64,000 bases of DNA from NCBI GenBank assembly GCA_963798485.1, contig CAWCTR010000021.1, positions 160,001-224,000 on the forward strand. Direction: 5' to 3'. Position 1 is the stretch's first letter, and every line of letters starts with the position of its first letter. A model generated the notes under the pieces. It saw only the letters and a program-made list of their open reading frames with translations, was not told the DNA's origin and searched no databases. Below, one piece after another: positions 1-12,889 of the stretch. The DNA is from an uncultured delta proteobacterium. GTDB lineage: Bacteria; Desulfobacterota; Desulfomonilia; UBA1062. The translations under genes were made by a program, and so were the position numbers.

Positions 1-1512
1 ATCAGCGGCCATCATCAGTAATGAATGTCCGGTATCCGTAAAGTCTGTACCGAAACCGATGGTGTACGTGCTGACGTGCTGCTTTGGAAAGTTGCTATTG
101 TCAAAGGGGGTTCCGTTTGCGTCATTGACATTCGGCAGAAGGTCGGTCTCATAGAGGAATTTGGCTACTTGAGGCAGCCAGAAGCTCCCGGTTGTGTCGG
201 CGCCTGAGCATGCTGAGATCAACTCCACTTGATTGGGATTAGAAACAAGATCATAAAACTGGGTGCTTGGATTAAGTGTAGAGGTACCGCTATACGGATA
301 ATTTGGAATCGTGAGCCCGTTTATATAAGTGCTCTGTGGTATGGTTGTGGTGGTTGTTGTACAATGCGAATGACTGCAGGAAGTGGTAGTATTAGTACCG
401 CCAAAAAGACTAGGGTTAGGAATACTATAGCTGGAAGAGCTTTGTCCGTTGTCGTGGGTCGAATCGCCGTCCGTCATGATGATGACATAGTTCTTCTGGC
501 AGGTCCACATGATCGCAGGAGGCACTATGGATGGAGTACTCGCGTTCCATACGGTAGTGTACGTCCCCGTGGAATAGTCCGACGGATAGCTGGAGCTGTA
601 ATCAGCAGGGTCGGTGGAATTGTTGTTTGACCACGATTGCTTGCGGGCAAAGTAGAGTCCCGCTTCCGCCAGGGTCTCCGCAAGGGGTGTATATCCCCCT
701 GGGGATAAGGAGTTTATCATGTTCTTCAGAGTTGCCGTGTTTCCGGTCCAGTCTTGACATGGCGCCACCAACACACCGCCATGATCCTTGTAGGTACCGC
801 TGGGATTGTAGGTCATCAATCCCCAACGCACGTCAGGAGTGGAATCAATGAGATCACAGATGGTCTTTTGCGCGATTGATATCTTGGTGGCATTCTCTGC
901 ATTGTTGTTAGCTTGATTGGCTACGTAATAATTGATATAATTCCCTGTTGCAAGGGTATATGATGTTGAAGGTATTGATATTGTAGTTGTGGTGGTTTTA
1001 TGCGAACCGGAGCCGGTCGTTTTTGTAGTTATGGTACAGAAATAAGGAGCAGTAGTACTCACATACCCGGTATACTCTCCGATCGAGCCGGAAAGATTGG
1101 TGTATGCTGTTGTAGCATGAGACTCGGCAGTGGTACAATTAGTTTTATTTGTGCCGCTTGCACCGGTACAAGCACTGACAATTGATGCATAAGAGTTTTG
1201 AATATTGGTCAAAGTTACTTGCGGTGATCCAAATGCCGTCCACGTGCTGCCATTCTGATAGTATATTAAATTGCTGTTGTAGTTACCCGTATAGGTTGTA
1301 CTCGCGTTATAGGCACCCATGGCTTGCCAGCCTGGGACTTGTATGGAGTCTGCCATACTGCCAGAACTGTCGAAAATGATAAGGACATTCGGAGGGACAT
1401 TGACTACATTGCCGCCGAAGATATCCGTATCGTCCGCGTGTATTCCATCCGGAACTGACCAGGTGAAGCAAAGAATACCAAGTATTATTATTATCCTATG
1501 CATATTGAGCAT
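1..1512 (-). CDS. PilY1-like type IV pilus adhesin with vWA domain (3' end runs off the window; not in ORF track)
   Basis: Hand translation from ATG at 1512 (GGAG upstream): signal-like MLNMHRIIIILGILCFTW, then DDTDIFGG..PPNVLIIFDSSGSM (MIDAS DxSxS), TPLAETLAEAGLYFA and QHVSTYTIGFG. The translated parts at both ends share one frame, reaching position 1. Confidence 0.8.
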   Translation of the reverse strand, partial: MLNMHRIIIILGILCFTWSVPDGIHADDTDIFGGNVVNVPPNVLIIFDSSGSMADSIQVPGWQAMGAYNASTTYTGNYNSNLIYYQNGSTWTAFGSPQVTLTNIQNSYASIVSACTGASGTNKTNCTTAESHATTAYTNLSGSIGEYTGYVSTTAPYFCTITTKTTGSGSHKTTTTTISIPSTSYTLATGNYINYYVANQANNNAENATKISIAQKTICDLIDSTPDVRWGLMTYNPSGTYKDHGGVLVAPCQDWTGNTATLKNMINSLSPGGYTPLAETLAEAGLYFARKQSWSNNNSTDPADYSSSYPSDYSTGTYTTVWNASTPSIVPPAIMWTCQKNYVIIMTDGDSTHDNGQSSSSYSIPNPSLFGGTNTTTSCSHSHCTTTTTTIPQSTYINGLTIPNYPYSGTSTLNPSTQFYDLVSNPNQVELISACSGADTTGSFWLPQVAKFLYETDLLPNVNDANGTPFDNSNFPKQHVSTYTIGFGTDFTDTGHSLLMMAAD

Positions 1513-1673
1513 ATCACCGCTCCTTTTCGATTACCTGTCGATCATTTATCCCTGTGTAAACAGCGAGTAAACTCATACTTACCAGGTTATTTCGGCAGAT
1601 GACTCGCTTTTCATGAGAGTTACAAATTTGGTGGTTTATCGAGAGAGCTTGGTTTTATAAAATTAATAAAACA

Positions 1674-2786
1674 TTAAGGGTTGATGAGTCGTACATACGC
1701 CATATCGCCTTCGACCATCATGTCCGCCTGGGCGATCTGTTTTTGCTTGAGGCTGTCAAGGATATCCTGGAGGCTTCCCTTGATCCGGATAGTATGACAG
1801 ATGGTGTGCCCCTGAATGCGGGAGACGGCAATTTTTGTGACCGTGTCCATGGAGCGAAGGGTATTGAACATGGACTGGTAGGTATCAAATTCCTTGACGC
1901 CTTCAATACACAGCTCTTTTTCCCTTAAAACAGGGGTTATGACAACAACCTTCTTGGTTATTTCAGATCTCATCTGGTCAAGAATCGCTGTGATCAAGAG
2001 TTCGTTCATGGTTTTCACATCGATTGTGCCTTTAAGCGCAATCGTTGAATTGAAGAGGCGCTGCCTGGTTTTTACGTCTATTAATGAGATATCCATGCGG
2101 GAATCAAGGCCCAGCGCATCAGAGGATCTATTGGTTATTGTCCCTGTTATGATAAGCTGTGCCCCTAAGTTTGCCGCCACGGCAACGGTTCGATCAGGCC
2201 CGGCAGGCATCACTGCGATGCGCTGAGGTACTTCGGATACATTCTCGCCTGCATTCTTGAGCCTCAATGCAAGCTGCGTCTCAAAGGGCGAGTATCCCTT
2301 GGGTTTGGCTGCAGACCACCACTCATACCGTTCAGATACACCCGGGCCCCGGGTAGAGACGGCAAGCAGTATCAGCGGTCTCAGACCCAGTGGTGTTGTA
2401 AAGGCTTGGGCCTGCAGCCACTCCTTTAAGGGTACATCATTGACTTTTAGATCCAGGCTCAGGATAAGGACATTGTCCTGCTGGGAACGTGAAACAATCT
2501 GATATTGGATGATGTCCTGGGTCCCGCGTGATGCAACAAATCCTTTCAGCTTTTGGGAAAGATCGACCGCAGAGCTTGAAGGCACCTGCTTGAGGGCCAG
2601 GTCAAGATATGCCTTGTAAAAGGCATCATCGTAGGCGGTTTTCTCCGCTTGAGATATGTTGCTTCCGGCTATGGCGCTGATGCCTGAAACCACAAGCGAG
2701 ACTTCAGCCCGTGCGGGGCTGAGGCTGAGAAAGTGTATCAGGACCAGCCAGAAAACCCCGCACGTACAAAGGCGGGAGATGCTCAT
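1674..2786 (-). CDS. Exported hypothetical protein (possibly DUF2066-like)
   Basis: 370 aa with N-terminal signal-like segment ending ARA; start overlaps the hfq stop. Confidence 0.55.
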   Translation of the reverse strand: MSISRLCTCGVFWLVLIHFLSLSPARAEVSLVVSGISAIAGSNISQAEKTAYDDAFYKAYLDLALKQVPSSSAVDLSQKLKGFVASRGTQDIIQYQIVSRSQQDNVLILSLDLKVNDVPLKEWLQAQAFTTPLGLRPLILLAVSTRGPGVSERYEWWSAAKPKGYSPFETQLALRLKNAGENVSEVPQRIAVMPAGPDRTVAVAANLGAQLIITGTITNRSSDALGLDSRMDISLIDVKTRQRLFNSTIALKGTIDVKTMNELLITAILDQMRSEITKKVVVITPVLREKELCIEGVKEFDTYQSMFNTLRSMDTVTKIAVSRIQGHTICHTIRIKGSLQDILDSLKQKQIAQADMMVEGDMAYVRLINP

Positions 2787-3019
2787 CCTGCAAGAAAGTC
2801 TTTCAGCTTTGAATTAATCTCTGCCGGTTCGATCCGACCCACTGCATGCTTATAAATAAGGATCGGCTTCTCGGTCTGGATTAATATACAGAAGGGGTCA
2901 AAACTCTTCACAAACCCTTCAACCTTGGTATTGTCTACGAGGGTAACAATGATAGGAACCCTTTCCTTACGCGCCTGATTCAGAAACTGGTCCTGTACGT
3001 TAAACACAACTTTTCCCAT
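2783..3019 (-). CDS. hfq: RNA chaperone Hfq
   Basis: QDQFLNQARKER, G.VKSFD.F and IYKHAV Sm motifs; AGGAGG RBS. Confidence 0.93.
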   Translation of the reverse strand: MGKVVFNVQDQFLNQARKERVPIIVTLVDNTKVEGFVKSFDPFCILIQTEKPILIYKHAVGRIEPAEINSKLKDFLAG

Positions 3020-3087
3020 TACAACCTCCTTATGGCGAGGGATCCACTGTTATTACAACCGTTTGTATGTTGTGCTTGTATTCCTAA

Positions 3088-5247
<2,160 letters not shown>

Positions 5248-5251
5248 TACT

Positions 5252-5527
5252 ATGAAGGCCCTTCACCTGATGATCCACGGCAGGGTACAAGGAGTTTGGT
5301 TCAGGGCATCTACACAGGAGACTGCACATCAGCTCAAGATTAAGGGATGGGTACGCAATACACCTGAAGGCAATGTGGAAGCGCACATCCAGGGAGAAGA
5401 ATCGCTTGTTGAAAAAATGCTGTCTTGGTGTTCGCAGGGCCCCCCTGGGGCAAGAGTGGAAAGTATCGATGTCAGCGAAGCAAGTCCGAATGAAGAGTAT
5501 AAGGCTTTTAATATCCGCTATTATTGA
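5252..5527 (+). CDS. acyP: Acylphosphatase
   Basis: GRVQGVWFR and GWVRN motifs. Confidence 0.93.
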   Translation: MKALHLMIHGRVQGVWFRASTQETAHQLKIKGWVRNTPEGNVEAHIQGEESLVEKMLSWCSQGPPGARVESIDVSEASPNEEYKAFNIRYY

Positions 5528-5620
5528 TTTTATTTCATGCTTGCATATGAAATCCCTTTGGTATAAGAAATTTTCGCTCCTTGCTCCTGAATGGGGCTAC
5601 GAATCCATAAGGAGGATTTC

Positions 5621-5992
5621 ATGAATCTTTACGAGATTATGTTCATCTTGAATCCCGACATTGGGGAAGATGAACGGGAAAAGCTGACTACCCGCCTGAA
5701 GAGCACTATCAGCAAGAACAAAGGTGACATCATCCGCTTCGACGACATGGGCTTCAAGAGTCTTACGTACAAGATCAAGAAAAAATCCCGTGCCCAGTTT
5801 TTCCTTATCAATCTGGAAGGTCCGGGCTCCATGGTCGCCGAGATCGAGCGATTCCTTCGTCTCGATGAAAATGTCATACGATTCGTCGTTGTGAAGCTCG
5901 ATAAGCACGTGACAAGGCAGGATCTCGAGCCGAAAGTTGAACCCCAGCCCGAGGCGTCGCCGGCACCAGAACAGGGGGAGGTAGGAGCTTAA
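5621..5992 (+). CDS. rpsF: 30S ribosomal protein S6
   Basis: YEIMFILNP...L.YKIKK...VIRF; AGGAGG before ATG 5621. Confidence 0.95.
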   Translation: MNLYEIMFILNPDIGEDEREKLTTRLKSTISKNKGDIIRFDDMGFKSLTYKIKKKSRAQFFLINLEGPGSMVAEIERFLRLDENVIRFVVVKLDKHVTRQDLEPKVEPQPEASPAPEQGEVGA

Positions 5993-5993
5993 C

Positions 5994-6251
5994 ATGCAGG
6001 ATAGACCGCCAAGAACTTCATCAGGCAGCAAAAAACCGTATTTTAAGAGAAAGACATGCAGGTTCTGTGAAGAGAAGACACTGCCCATAGACTACAAGGC
6101 CCCCCATGTGCTTAAGGACTTCATCACTGAACGTGGCAAGATCTTGCCGAGACGGATCACAGGCACCTGTTCGCATCACCAGAAGAGACTGGCCACGGAG
6201 ATAAAGAGGGCAAGGATCATGGCCCTTATTCCCTTCACCGTGCACGACTAG
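5994..6251 (+). CDS. rpsR: 30S ribosomal protein S18 (Zn-binding type)
   Basis: [27 protein letters not shown]. Confidence 0.97.
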   Translation: MQDRPPRTSSGSKKPYFKRKTCRFCEEKTLPIDYKAPHVLKDFITERGKILPRRITGTCSHHQKRLATEIKRARIMALIPFTVHD

Positions 6252-6255
6252 AGAC

Positions 6256-7176
6256 ATGCCCCTTAAGGGTGGAGACAGGAGGACCCTGTGGATTATCATG
6301 GGGGCCTTCTTTATTTATTGTGTCTTAATCGTAACGGCAACCGGGTTGGCATTGCCTGCCGCAGTGATATTCCAGGCTGCATACTATCTGTATGCCGAGC
6401 GGGCACCGTACAGATGGCCGGCGCTTCTTGCGTGCGCGCCGCTCTTGCTTTCGCTGGTGCCGGCATTCTCATCTGGCGCCATGATATACGCTGTTCTTCT
6501 GGTATCGGCACTCATGATGCAGTTTTTCTTAAAGAGGGGGAACATCGGGCTTGCAGTTACAGCGCCGTCCCTTGTGATCTTTGCTTTTGTGGCGGCGAGC
6601 ATCCTTTCATTTTCTTATAATAGCGGTAATACTATAGAAGAACTGCTGACCGGATGGGCCGCCCAGGTGGTAGGTGAGATGAAAAAGGTTTCTGAGAGTA
6701 CGCTCTCTCCCTCTGAACTGTTTGAATTCAAAAAGAACCTTCAGACCTTCCAGGTTATGATCGTCACGCTTTTCCCCTCGATAATCATATCAAGCTTTGC
6801 TGCTATCATGTGGATGAATCTGCTCATTATAGCCAGGAAATTCAAGGCTATATCCGTTCAAGAATGGAAAAGCCCGGACTGGGTTGTTGTGTTTTTCATT
6901 ATTGCGGGATTGTTTACCCTGGTCGAACAGAAACTTCTCCAGACAATAGGGTTCAATCTCCTGGTCATTGTGGGGCAGGTCTATTTTTTACAGGGTCTCG
7001 CAATTGTCTCGGTCTTCATGGATGAGCGCAAGTGGCCCGGCATAATTCGGTGGCCTATTTACATTTTAATCTTGATCCAGATATATATGATGATTATTGT
7101 AGCCGGAATCGGTCTGTTTGACACCTGGTTTGACTTCAGGAAAAGGATACGGACACCAAAAGGAGATATACAATGA
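6256..7176 (+). CDS. YybS/DUF2232 family membrane protein
   Basis: Multi-TM; YFLQGLAI and GLFDTWFDFR motifs; typical position between rpsR and rplI. Confidence 0.85.
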   Translation: MPLKGGDRRTLWIIMGAFFIYCVLIVTATGLALPAAVIFQAAYYLYAERAPYRWPALLACAPLLLSLVPAFSSGAMIYAVLLVSALMMQFFLKRGNIGLAVTAPSLVIFAFVAASILSFSYNSGNTIEELLTGWAAQVVGEMKKVSESTLSPSELFEFKKNLQTFQVMIVTLFPSIIISSFAAIMWMNLLIIARKFKAISVQEWKSPDWVVVFFIIAGLFTLVEQKLLQTIGFNLLVIVGQVYFLQGLAIVSVFMDERKWPGIIRWPIYILILIQIYMMIIVAGIGLFDTWFDFRKRIRTPKGDIQ

Positions 7177-7628
7177 AGGTAGTACTCTTAGAGACGATCG
7201 ATGGCCTGGGTAGCGTGGGCCAGGAGGTAAAGGTTAAAGACGGCTATGCCAGGAACTTTCTTATTCCCAAGGGATTGGGACTTCTGGCGACCGATACCAA
7301 CCTTAAGGCCTTTCAGGGCAAGATACAGGCACGCATCAGGTCTGAGGCCAAGTCAAGGGAACATGCCGCTAAACTTGCAGAAGAGTTATCTGCTGTTGCC
7401 CTAAAATTCAAGGTCAAGTCCGGACAGGAAGGAAAGCTGTTCGGTTCCGTTACCAATGCCGATATCTTTGATGCGCTCAAAGATAAGGGATTTGAGGTAG
7501 ACAAGAAGAAGATCATCCTGACAGAAGCCATCAAGCATGTAGGCACACATGAAGTAGCAGTCCGCCTCTTTCCGGAGGTTACAGCGCACATAAAAGTGGA
7601 GGTGGTCCCAGAGCCACAAGGCGAGTAA
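7173..7628 (+). CDS. rplI: 50S ribosomal protein L9
   Basis: MKVVLLE..LG..G..VKVKDGYARNFLIP; GKLFGSVT. Confidence 0.97.
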   Translation: MKVVLLETIDGLGSVGQEVKVKDGYARNFLIPKGLGLLATDTNLKAFQGKIQARIRSEAKSREHAAKLAEELSAVALKFKVKSGQEGKLFGSVTNADIFDALKDKGFEVDKKKIILTEAIKHVGTHEVAVRLFPEVTAHIKVEVVPEPQGE

Positions 7629-7629
7629 G

Positions 7630-8979
7630 ATGGATTCTTCGCCGATATCTCCTCCCCACAACAGGGAAGCAGAAGAATATATACTCGGAGGGGTTCTCAT
7701 GGAGAACTCCTCTTTCGATACCGTATCGGAGATTATCTCTCCGGCGGATTTCTATGCAGAACGGAACAGGATCATCTTTGAGGAGATGGTCCGGCTCATG
7801 GATAAGGGTCTGCCTATCGACCTTGTTTCGCTTACAGAGGCTATCGAAGTGAGAGGGAGGCTTGATAAGGTCGGTGGGGCATCCTATATATCTCAACTCG
7901 CAGATAACATACCAACCACCGCGAACATTGAATATTACGCCCGGCTTGTAAGGGAAAAGTGTATCCTCAGGTCATTGATCACCGGTGCCGGCGAGATCAT
8001 CAAGTCTGCAAGGTCGCCAGTAGGAGAGGTTTCTGATGTCCTGGACTCCGCCGAACAGATCATCTATGCCATCAATAAACAGGTCAAGGACAGGAAAGGC
8101 GGCCTGACCAGGATTGATGTCCCGCTGCATGACATGTATCATAACCTGAGTCGTATAGCCAAAGGCGAGATCGATCAGGGCGTAGTCCCTTCCGGATTCA
8201 GCGAGCTTGACAATCAATTGCTTGGCGGCCTCCACAAGTCCGACCTCATAATCGTTGCAGGCAGGCCTTCCATGGGCAAGACCTCGCTGGCAATAAATAT
8301 CGCCCAATATGTTGCGGTAACCGAACAACTTCCCGTTGCGGTTTTTTCTCTTGAAATGGGCATAGAGCAGCTCGTGCTAAGGATGTTGGCCTCTGAGGCC
8401 TGGATAAACCAGAGCCATGTGCGCTCCGCATCATCAATTACAAATCTCAAAAAAGAAGACTGGAGCAAACTGCTTGAGGCATCGGGAAAACTCTCGGAGG
8501 CACCGCTATATATTGACGATACTCCCGGTATAACTCCCATGGAGATCAGGGCCAAGATCCGCAGGCTCATATCCCAGGTAGATGTGCGTATGGTCGTTGT
8601 GGATTATCTTCAACTCATGAGTATCAAAGGACGGTCCGACTCCAGAGAACAGGAGATATCTGAGATTTCAAGGACACTAAAGGCCATAGCCAAGGAATTC
8701 AACATACCGGTTGTAGCCCTTAGCCAGCTCAATAGAAGGGTTGAGGAGCGTGGCGATAAGAGGCCTATGATGTCGGACCTCCGGGAATCCGGTGCCATAG
8801 AGCAGGATGCTGATGTGATCTGTTTCATCTATCGAGACGATGTATATAATACCGACAGCCCGGAGAAAGGCATTGCCGAAATTATTGTGGCTAAGCATAG
8901 GAATGGGCCTACTGGCACCATAAAGCTGAAGTGGATACCGGAATATACAAAATTCTGGGAGCTTGACCTAAGGCATTAA
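7630..8979 (+). CDS. dnaB: Replicative DNA helicase
   Basis: PPHNREAE, GRPSMGKT, DYLQLM, SDLRESGAIEQDAD, KHRNGP. Confidence 0.97.
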   Translation: MDSSPISPPHNREAEEYILGGVLMENSSFDTVSEIISPADFYAERNRIIFEEMVRLMDKGLPIDLVSLTEAIEVRGRLDKVGGASYISQLADNIPTTANIEYYARLVREKCILRSLITGAGEIIKSARSPVGEVSDVLDSAEQIIYAINKQVKDRKGGLTRIDVPLHDMYHNLSRIAKGEIDQGVVPSGFSELDNQLLGGLHKSDLIIVAGRPSMGKTSLAINIAQYVAVTEQLPVAVFSLEMGIEQLVLRMLASEAWINQSHVRSASSITNLKKEDWSKLLEASGKLSEAPLYIDDTPGITPMEIRAKIRRLISQVDVRMVVVDYLQLMSIKGRSDSREQEISEISRTLKAIAKEFNIPVVALSQLNRRVEERGDKRPMMSDLRESGAIEQDADVICFIYRDDVYNTDSPEKGIAEIIVAKHRNGPTGTIKLKWIPEYTKFWELDLRH

Positions 8980-9002
8980 AACCTTAACCCTAATCCCAGG
9001 TA

Positions 9003-9761
9003 TCAGATTTTCTTCCTCCGCATCGGGTATTCGTGCTCTATATGGAGGTCTTCAGCAAGGATTGAATTCTGTTTTTCAATAGCAGCCTTGATCCGTTGCA
9101 GCGATCTCATCTCAATTTGCCGGACACGCTCCCTGGTCACACCGATCAGGTTCGCTATGTCCTTGAGGGTGGCCGGAGGGTCTCTGAAGAACCTCTTCTC
9201 AATAATGAATACTTCCCGATTGCTCAAGATGGGAGGATCGGACCGCAAGAGGTTAAGCAAGTAGGCATGCCGCTCCTTGAAAGAGTAAAAATCGTCCGGA
9301 TCAGGCCCTTCATAGAGGAGGTGATCTAAGAGACATTCCTCATGCTCGGACTCGCTGGCAATAGTACAGTCCAGAGAGACAAGGCCTTTGGCATGGGTGA
9401 GCCTGCCTGTATGCACCTGGTAGCTCTTGTGGATGAAATTTTTGATATAGGCCTTTATCCACCATATGGCATAGCAGATGAATCGTACCCCCATGTCAGG
9501 ATCAAAGCGGGTCAGGGCCTTAACAAGACCCATGTTTCCCTCCTGCACTATCTCGAGCGGACCATAGCCAAGGTGAAAATACGGCTGGCTGATTTTCACC
9601 ACAAACCGCAAGTTAGAGGTGACAATCTTCTTACCTGCATCTATGTCGCCATGCTCGTACTTCCGAGCAAGATCCTGTTCTTCTTCTGGGGTGAGGAGGG
9701 AAAAGTCTTTGATCTTCCGGGTATAGTTCTCAAAATCCGAAGACGGATATCTACTTCCCAT
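9003..9761 (-). CDS. Sigma-70 family factor, RpoH-like regions 2 and 4 with shortened region 3
   Basis: SNLRFVV, QEGNMGLVKA..RFDP..G.RF..YA.WWIKA; region 4 GVTRERVRQIE; GGAGG before ATG 9761. Confidence 0.88.
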   Translation of the reverse strand: MGSRYPSSDFENYTRKIKDFSLLTPEEEQDLARKYEHGDIDAGKKIVTSNLRFVVKISQPYFHLGYGPLEIVQEGNMGLVKALTRFDPDMGVRFICYAIWWIKAYIKNFIHKSYQVHTGRLTHAKGLVSLDCTIASESEHEECLLDHLLYEGPDPDDFYSFKERHAYLLNLLRSDPPILSNREVFIIEKRFFRDPPATLKDIANLIGVTRERVRQIEMRSLQRIKAAIEKQNSILAEDLHIEHEYPMRRKKI

Positions 9762-9931
9762 AGACCCTCCCGAAAACCGGATAGTACATACTCGATCATA
9801 TCTTACACAAAAGTCAAGCGATATGTTTTGTAAAAGATATGCAAACAAATAAATACAATAAATAAAATGAGTTAGCAATGTTCATGAAAACATACAATAA
9901 ATCGTATGTTTCACATACATTGAGAGCTCAT

Positions 9932-10564
9932 TCATTCATTATCAATTGTGGTTTCTAGTTTTTTGATTATAAATCTCTTTTTGTAGGAGCGGATATAGAC
10001 AATAAAGACAACCGTCATGCAGCCTAAGACTACAAGGACTGCCTGCCGGGAATACTTCATCACGAGTTCCATATTGTTCCCGACAAAATAGCCGATGCAT
10101 GCAAGGACAGTCATCCAGAGGATTGCACCGAGGGCAGTATAACTGCTGAATTTAAGCAGGTTCATACGGGCCAGGCCTGCCGGAAATGAAATAAAATGAC
10201 GCACGCCCGGGATGAGCCTCCCGGTAAAAGTACTTATCTCACCATGGGTAATGAAAAAGGAACTGATCTTCTCAAATCTGTGGGGCGGCAGCAAGATATA
10301 TTTGCCATATTTCAGAAGCAGGGGTCTCCCGAGGACTATTGCCAGCATATAATTGAAAAGGGCGCCAAACAGGCTGCCAACAACACCGCAGAGTATCACG
10401 ATCCCCATATTCATCTCACCTTTAGCTGCGAGAAAGCCTGCCGGGGGTATCACCACCTCGCTTGGGATCGGGAAGAAGGTGCTTTCCAGGAACATGAGCA
10501 CCAGAATGCCCGGATAACCGAGCTGCCAGATAGTTGCCACGAGCCATTGTATGATTGCTTCCAT
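9932..10564 (-). CDS. DedA family membrane protein
   Basis: LES.FFPIPSE..IPPAG and [16 protein letters not shown] motifs; start uncertain. Confidence 0.92.
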   Translation of the reverse strand: MEAIIQWLVATIWQLGYPGILVLMFLESTFFPIPSEVVIPPAGFLAAKGEMNMGIVILCGVVGSLFGALFNYMLAIVLGRPLLLKYGKYILLPPHRFEKISSFFITHGEISTFTGRLIPGVRHFISFPAGLARMNLLKFSSYTALGAILWMTVLACIGYFVGNNMELVMKYSRQAVLVVLGCMTVVFIVYIRSYKKRFIIKKLETTIDNE

Positions 10565-10665
10565 ATTCTTATCATATAGCACCTCCAATATCATTGCAAT
10601 ATATCCATGTCGGAGATACATAGACCTCGGATTACAATCTTTTTCATATCCAATGGATTAAATTT

Positions 10666-11958
10666 ATGGAAGACGGTAATTTCGCCCTGCAGATCGAATC
10701 CATGGCTTATGGAGGCAGCGGTGTAGGCCGGAGAGATGATGGCAAGGTGGTTTTCATACCCCGGGTCATCCCTGGAGAGAAGGTTGTCGCAGCCATTATA
10801 AAAGAACATAAGAGCTATATTGAAGCCGAGGTGAAGGAGCTCCTGGAGGTATCACCTTACCGGGTCATGCCACCTTGTCCGCATTTCATTGATTGTGGCG
10901 GATGTGACTGGCAGCACATTATATATAGCGAACAGATTGCGCTCAAACAGGGAATTCTGAATGCGCAGATACGAGCAAAAATCCCACAAACAGACCTGTC
11001 CTTTGATAATCCGGTGATCTCTTCAAAAGAATATGGATACCGCTGTCATTCAATTGTGCAGTGCGAACATAAAGAAGGATCTGAAATAGGCTTCTTTCGA
11101 AAAGAATCAAATACTGTTATCCCATTCGACCAGTGCCTTATACTCAATGAACGTTGCCGGGCAGTCCTTAATCAGATCAGGGCAATGTTGAGAGACTATC
11201 TGATCGCAGGGCTCGACTCCATTGAGATCCATGCACCCATGGACGAGGTCCTTGTGCGGGCCTTTGTGAAAGGGTCGCTTTCAAAAGATGACCTGGATTT
11301 CTTTAAGAAGGTTTATCAGACCCTCAGCCTGAGTGGCTTATCAATTTTTCCTATCGATGAACTATGGCATGAACATGTCTTTGGCAAGCGCCTCTGCTGC
11401 TATGACATCACCGTGTATGACAGGAAGGTCTTGCTTGCAGGCAGTTTCGGCGGTTTCATCCAGGCAAACATTGATATGAATCAGAGACTTGTTGAATATG
11501 TTCATGACAGTACAGCAGGATCCAAGAAGCTGATCGACCTTTACAGCGGCGCTGGGAACTTTAGTATACCCTTGTCTTTCAAGGTGGATGAGGTGCTTGC
11601 AGTGGAACAGAACAAAGGCTTGGTAAAGGCAGGGGCCGATCTTGCCCGAAAAAACGGACGGAGAAACATACGGTTCATAAACGAAAAGGCTGCCCGAACA
11701 TTAAAATGGTTGGAAAAGGAAGGTGTTTCGTTTGATTCAGTAGTCCTGGATCCGCCCAGGGAAGGCGCCAGGGAAATTGTTCATATTCTCCCAAAGATGA
11801 AGATGAACAAGGTAGTGTATATATCCTGTAATCCATCCACCCTTGCCCGGGACCTTGCCATTCTCATACAAGAAGGATTCAGATTAAAGACTGTGCGGTT
11901 TTTCGATATGTTCCCCCAGACCTTTCATATCGAATCGGTTTCAGTGCTCGATCGATAA
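10666..11958 (+). CDS. 23S rRNA m5U methyltransferase, RlmD/TrmA family
   Basis: TRAM domain, C..F..CGGC Fe-S motif, DLYSGAG, LDPPR, YISCNP, DMFPQT.H.E. Confidence 0.92.
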   Translation: MEDGNFALQIESMAYGGSGVGRRDDGKVVFIPRVIPGEKVVAAIIKEHKSYIEAEVKELLEVSPYRVMPPCPHFIDCGGCDWQHIIYSEQIALKQGILNAQIRAKIPQTDLSFDNPVISSKEYGYRCHSIVQCEHKEGSEIGFFRKESNTVIPFDQCLILNERCRAVLNQIRAMLRDYLIAGLDSIEIHAPMDEVLVRAFVKGSLSKDDLDFFKKVYQTLSLSGLSIFPIDELWHEHVFGKRLCCYDITVYDRKVLLAGSFGGFIQANIDMNQRLVEYVHDSTAGSKKLIDLYSGAGNFSIPLSFKVDEVLAVEQNKGLVKAGADLARKNGRRNIRFINEKAARTLKWLEKEGVSFDSVVLDPPREGAREIVHILPKMKMNKVVYISCNPSTLARDLAILIQEGFRLKTVRFFDMFPQTFHIESVSVLDR

Positions 11959-12037
11959 CCCCCCTTAGGTTTTTTTTCTCAGGAAGACAATGTGGTTTTT
12001 AGCTAGACAAAGGATTGAACCGGCTTGTATATGATTC

Positions 12038-12889
12038 TTGATGATCGTCGGGATCATAAGCAAAGAGGATAACCCAGAAGCCCTTGCCCTTTCCAAGCGG
12101 GTTGTCCGCTGGATGCAAGATGCAGGATTACCCTGCCTTATCGAAAACCATATCGCCGATTACCTCAAGACTGAGCATACCGATGATGCTTGGACGCATT
12201 CAGAGATCCTCATTGCCATCGGCGGTGATGGGACCTTTCTGAGGGCCGTACGTATGGCTGCACCCCGGGAAATACCTGTTCTCGGAATACATATGGGTAA
12301 CCTGGGGTTCCTCACAGAGGTCACGGAAAACGAGGTATTCAAGGCCCTGGATGCCCTGAAAAACGGCCACTACATCAGGGATGAGCGCACCATGTTTGAG
12401 GTTACCCTCGTAAGGGGTGAGGAAATCATTACTTCACAGCATGTACTCAACGATGTTGTCATCAACAAGGGTGCCCTGGCACGCATTATAGACATCGAGG
12501 TATGGACCGACTCCACCTTTATCACCTGTTATCGGGCAGACGGGCTCATCATTTCCACCCCCACCGGATCAACCGCTTATAGCCTTGCTGCAGGCGGTCC
12601 CATCGTGCACCCGCAGGTGGGTGCAATCATACTCAATCCCATATGCCCGCATGTGCTATCCAACAGGAGCATCGTACTTCCTGATTCCCAGGAGGTTATC
12701 ATAGTGGTTAAATCCAGCAAGGCCTCGGATAATATTTATCTTACCCTTGACGGACAGAAAGGACACCCCCTTCAGGCTGGGGACAGGCTTCGCATAAAGA
12801 AGGGCTCCAGAAAGGCAGTAATGTTGAGATTCCCGCAGAGGGACTACTTCGAGATCCTCAGAAGCAAACTCAAGTGGCAGGAGAGATGA
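12038..12889 (+). CDS. nadK: NAD kinase
   Basis: GGDGT, LND, DGLIISTPTGSTAYSLAAGG. Confidence 0.96.
   Translation: MMIVGIISKEDNPEALALSKRVVRWMQDAGLPCLIENHIADYLKTEHTDDAWTHSEILIAIGGDGTFLRAVRMAAPREIPVLGIHMGNLGFLTEVTENEVFKALDALKNGHYIRDERTMFEVTLVRGEEIITSQHVLNDVVINKGALARIIDIEVWTDSTFITCYRADGLIISTPTGSTAYSLAAGGPIVHPQVGAIILNPICPHVLSNRSIVLPDSQEVIIVVKSSKASDNIYLTLDGQKGHPLQAGDRLRIKKGSRKAVMLRFPQRDYFEILRSKLKWQER

Noticed and set aside
25-1570. Plus-strand ORFs in the track
   Set aside because: Shadows of the minus-strand PilY1-like frame.
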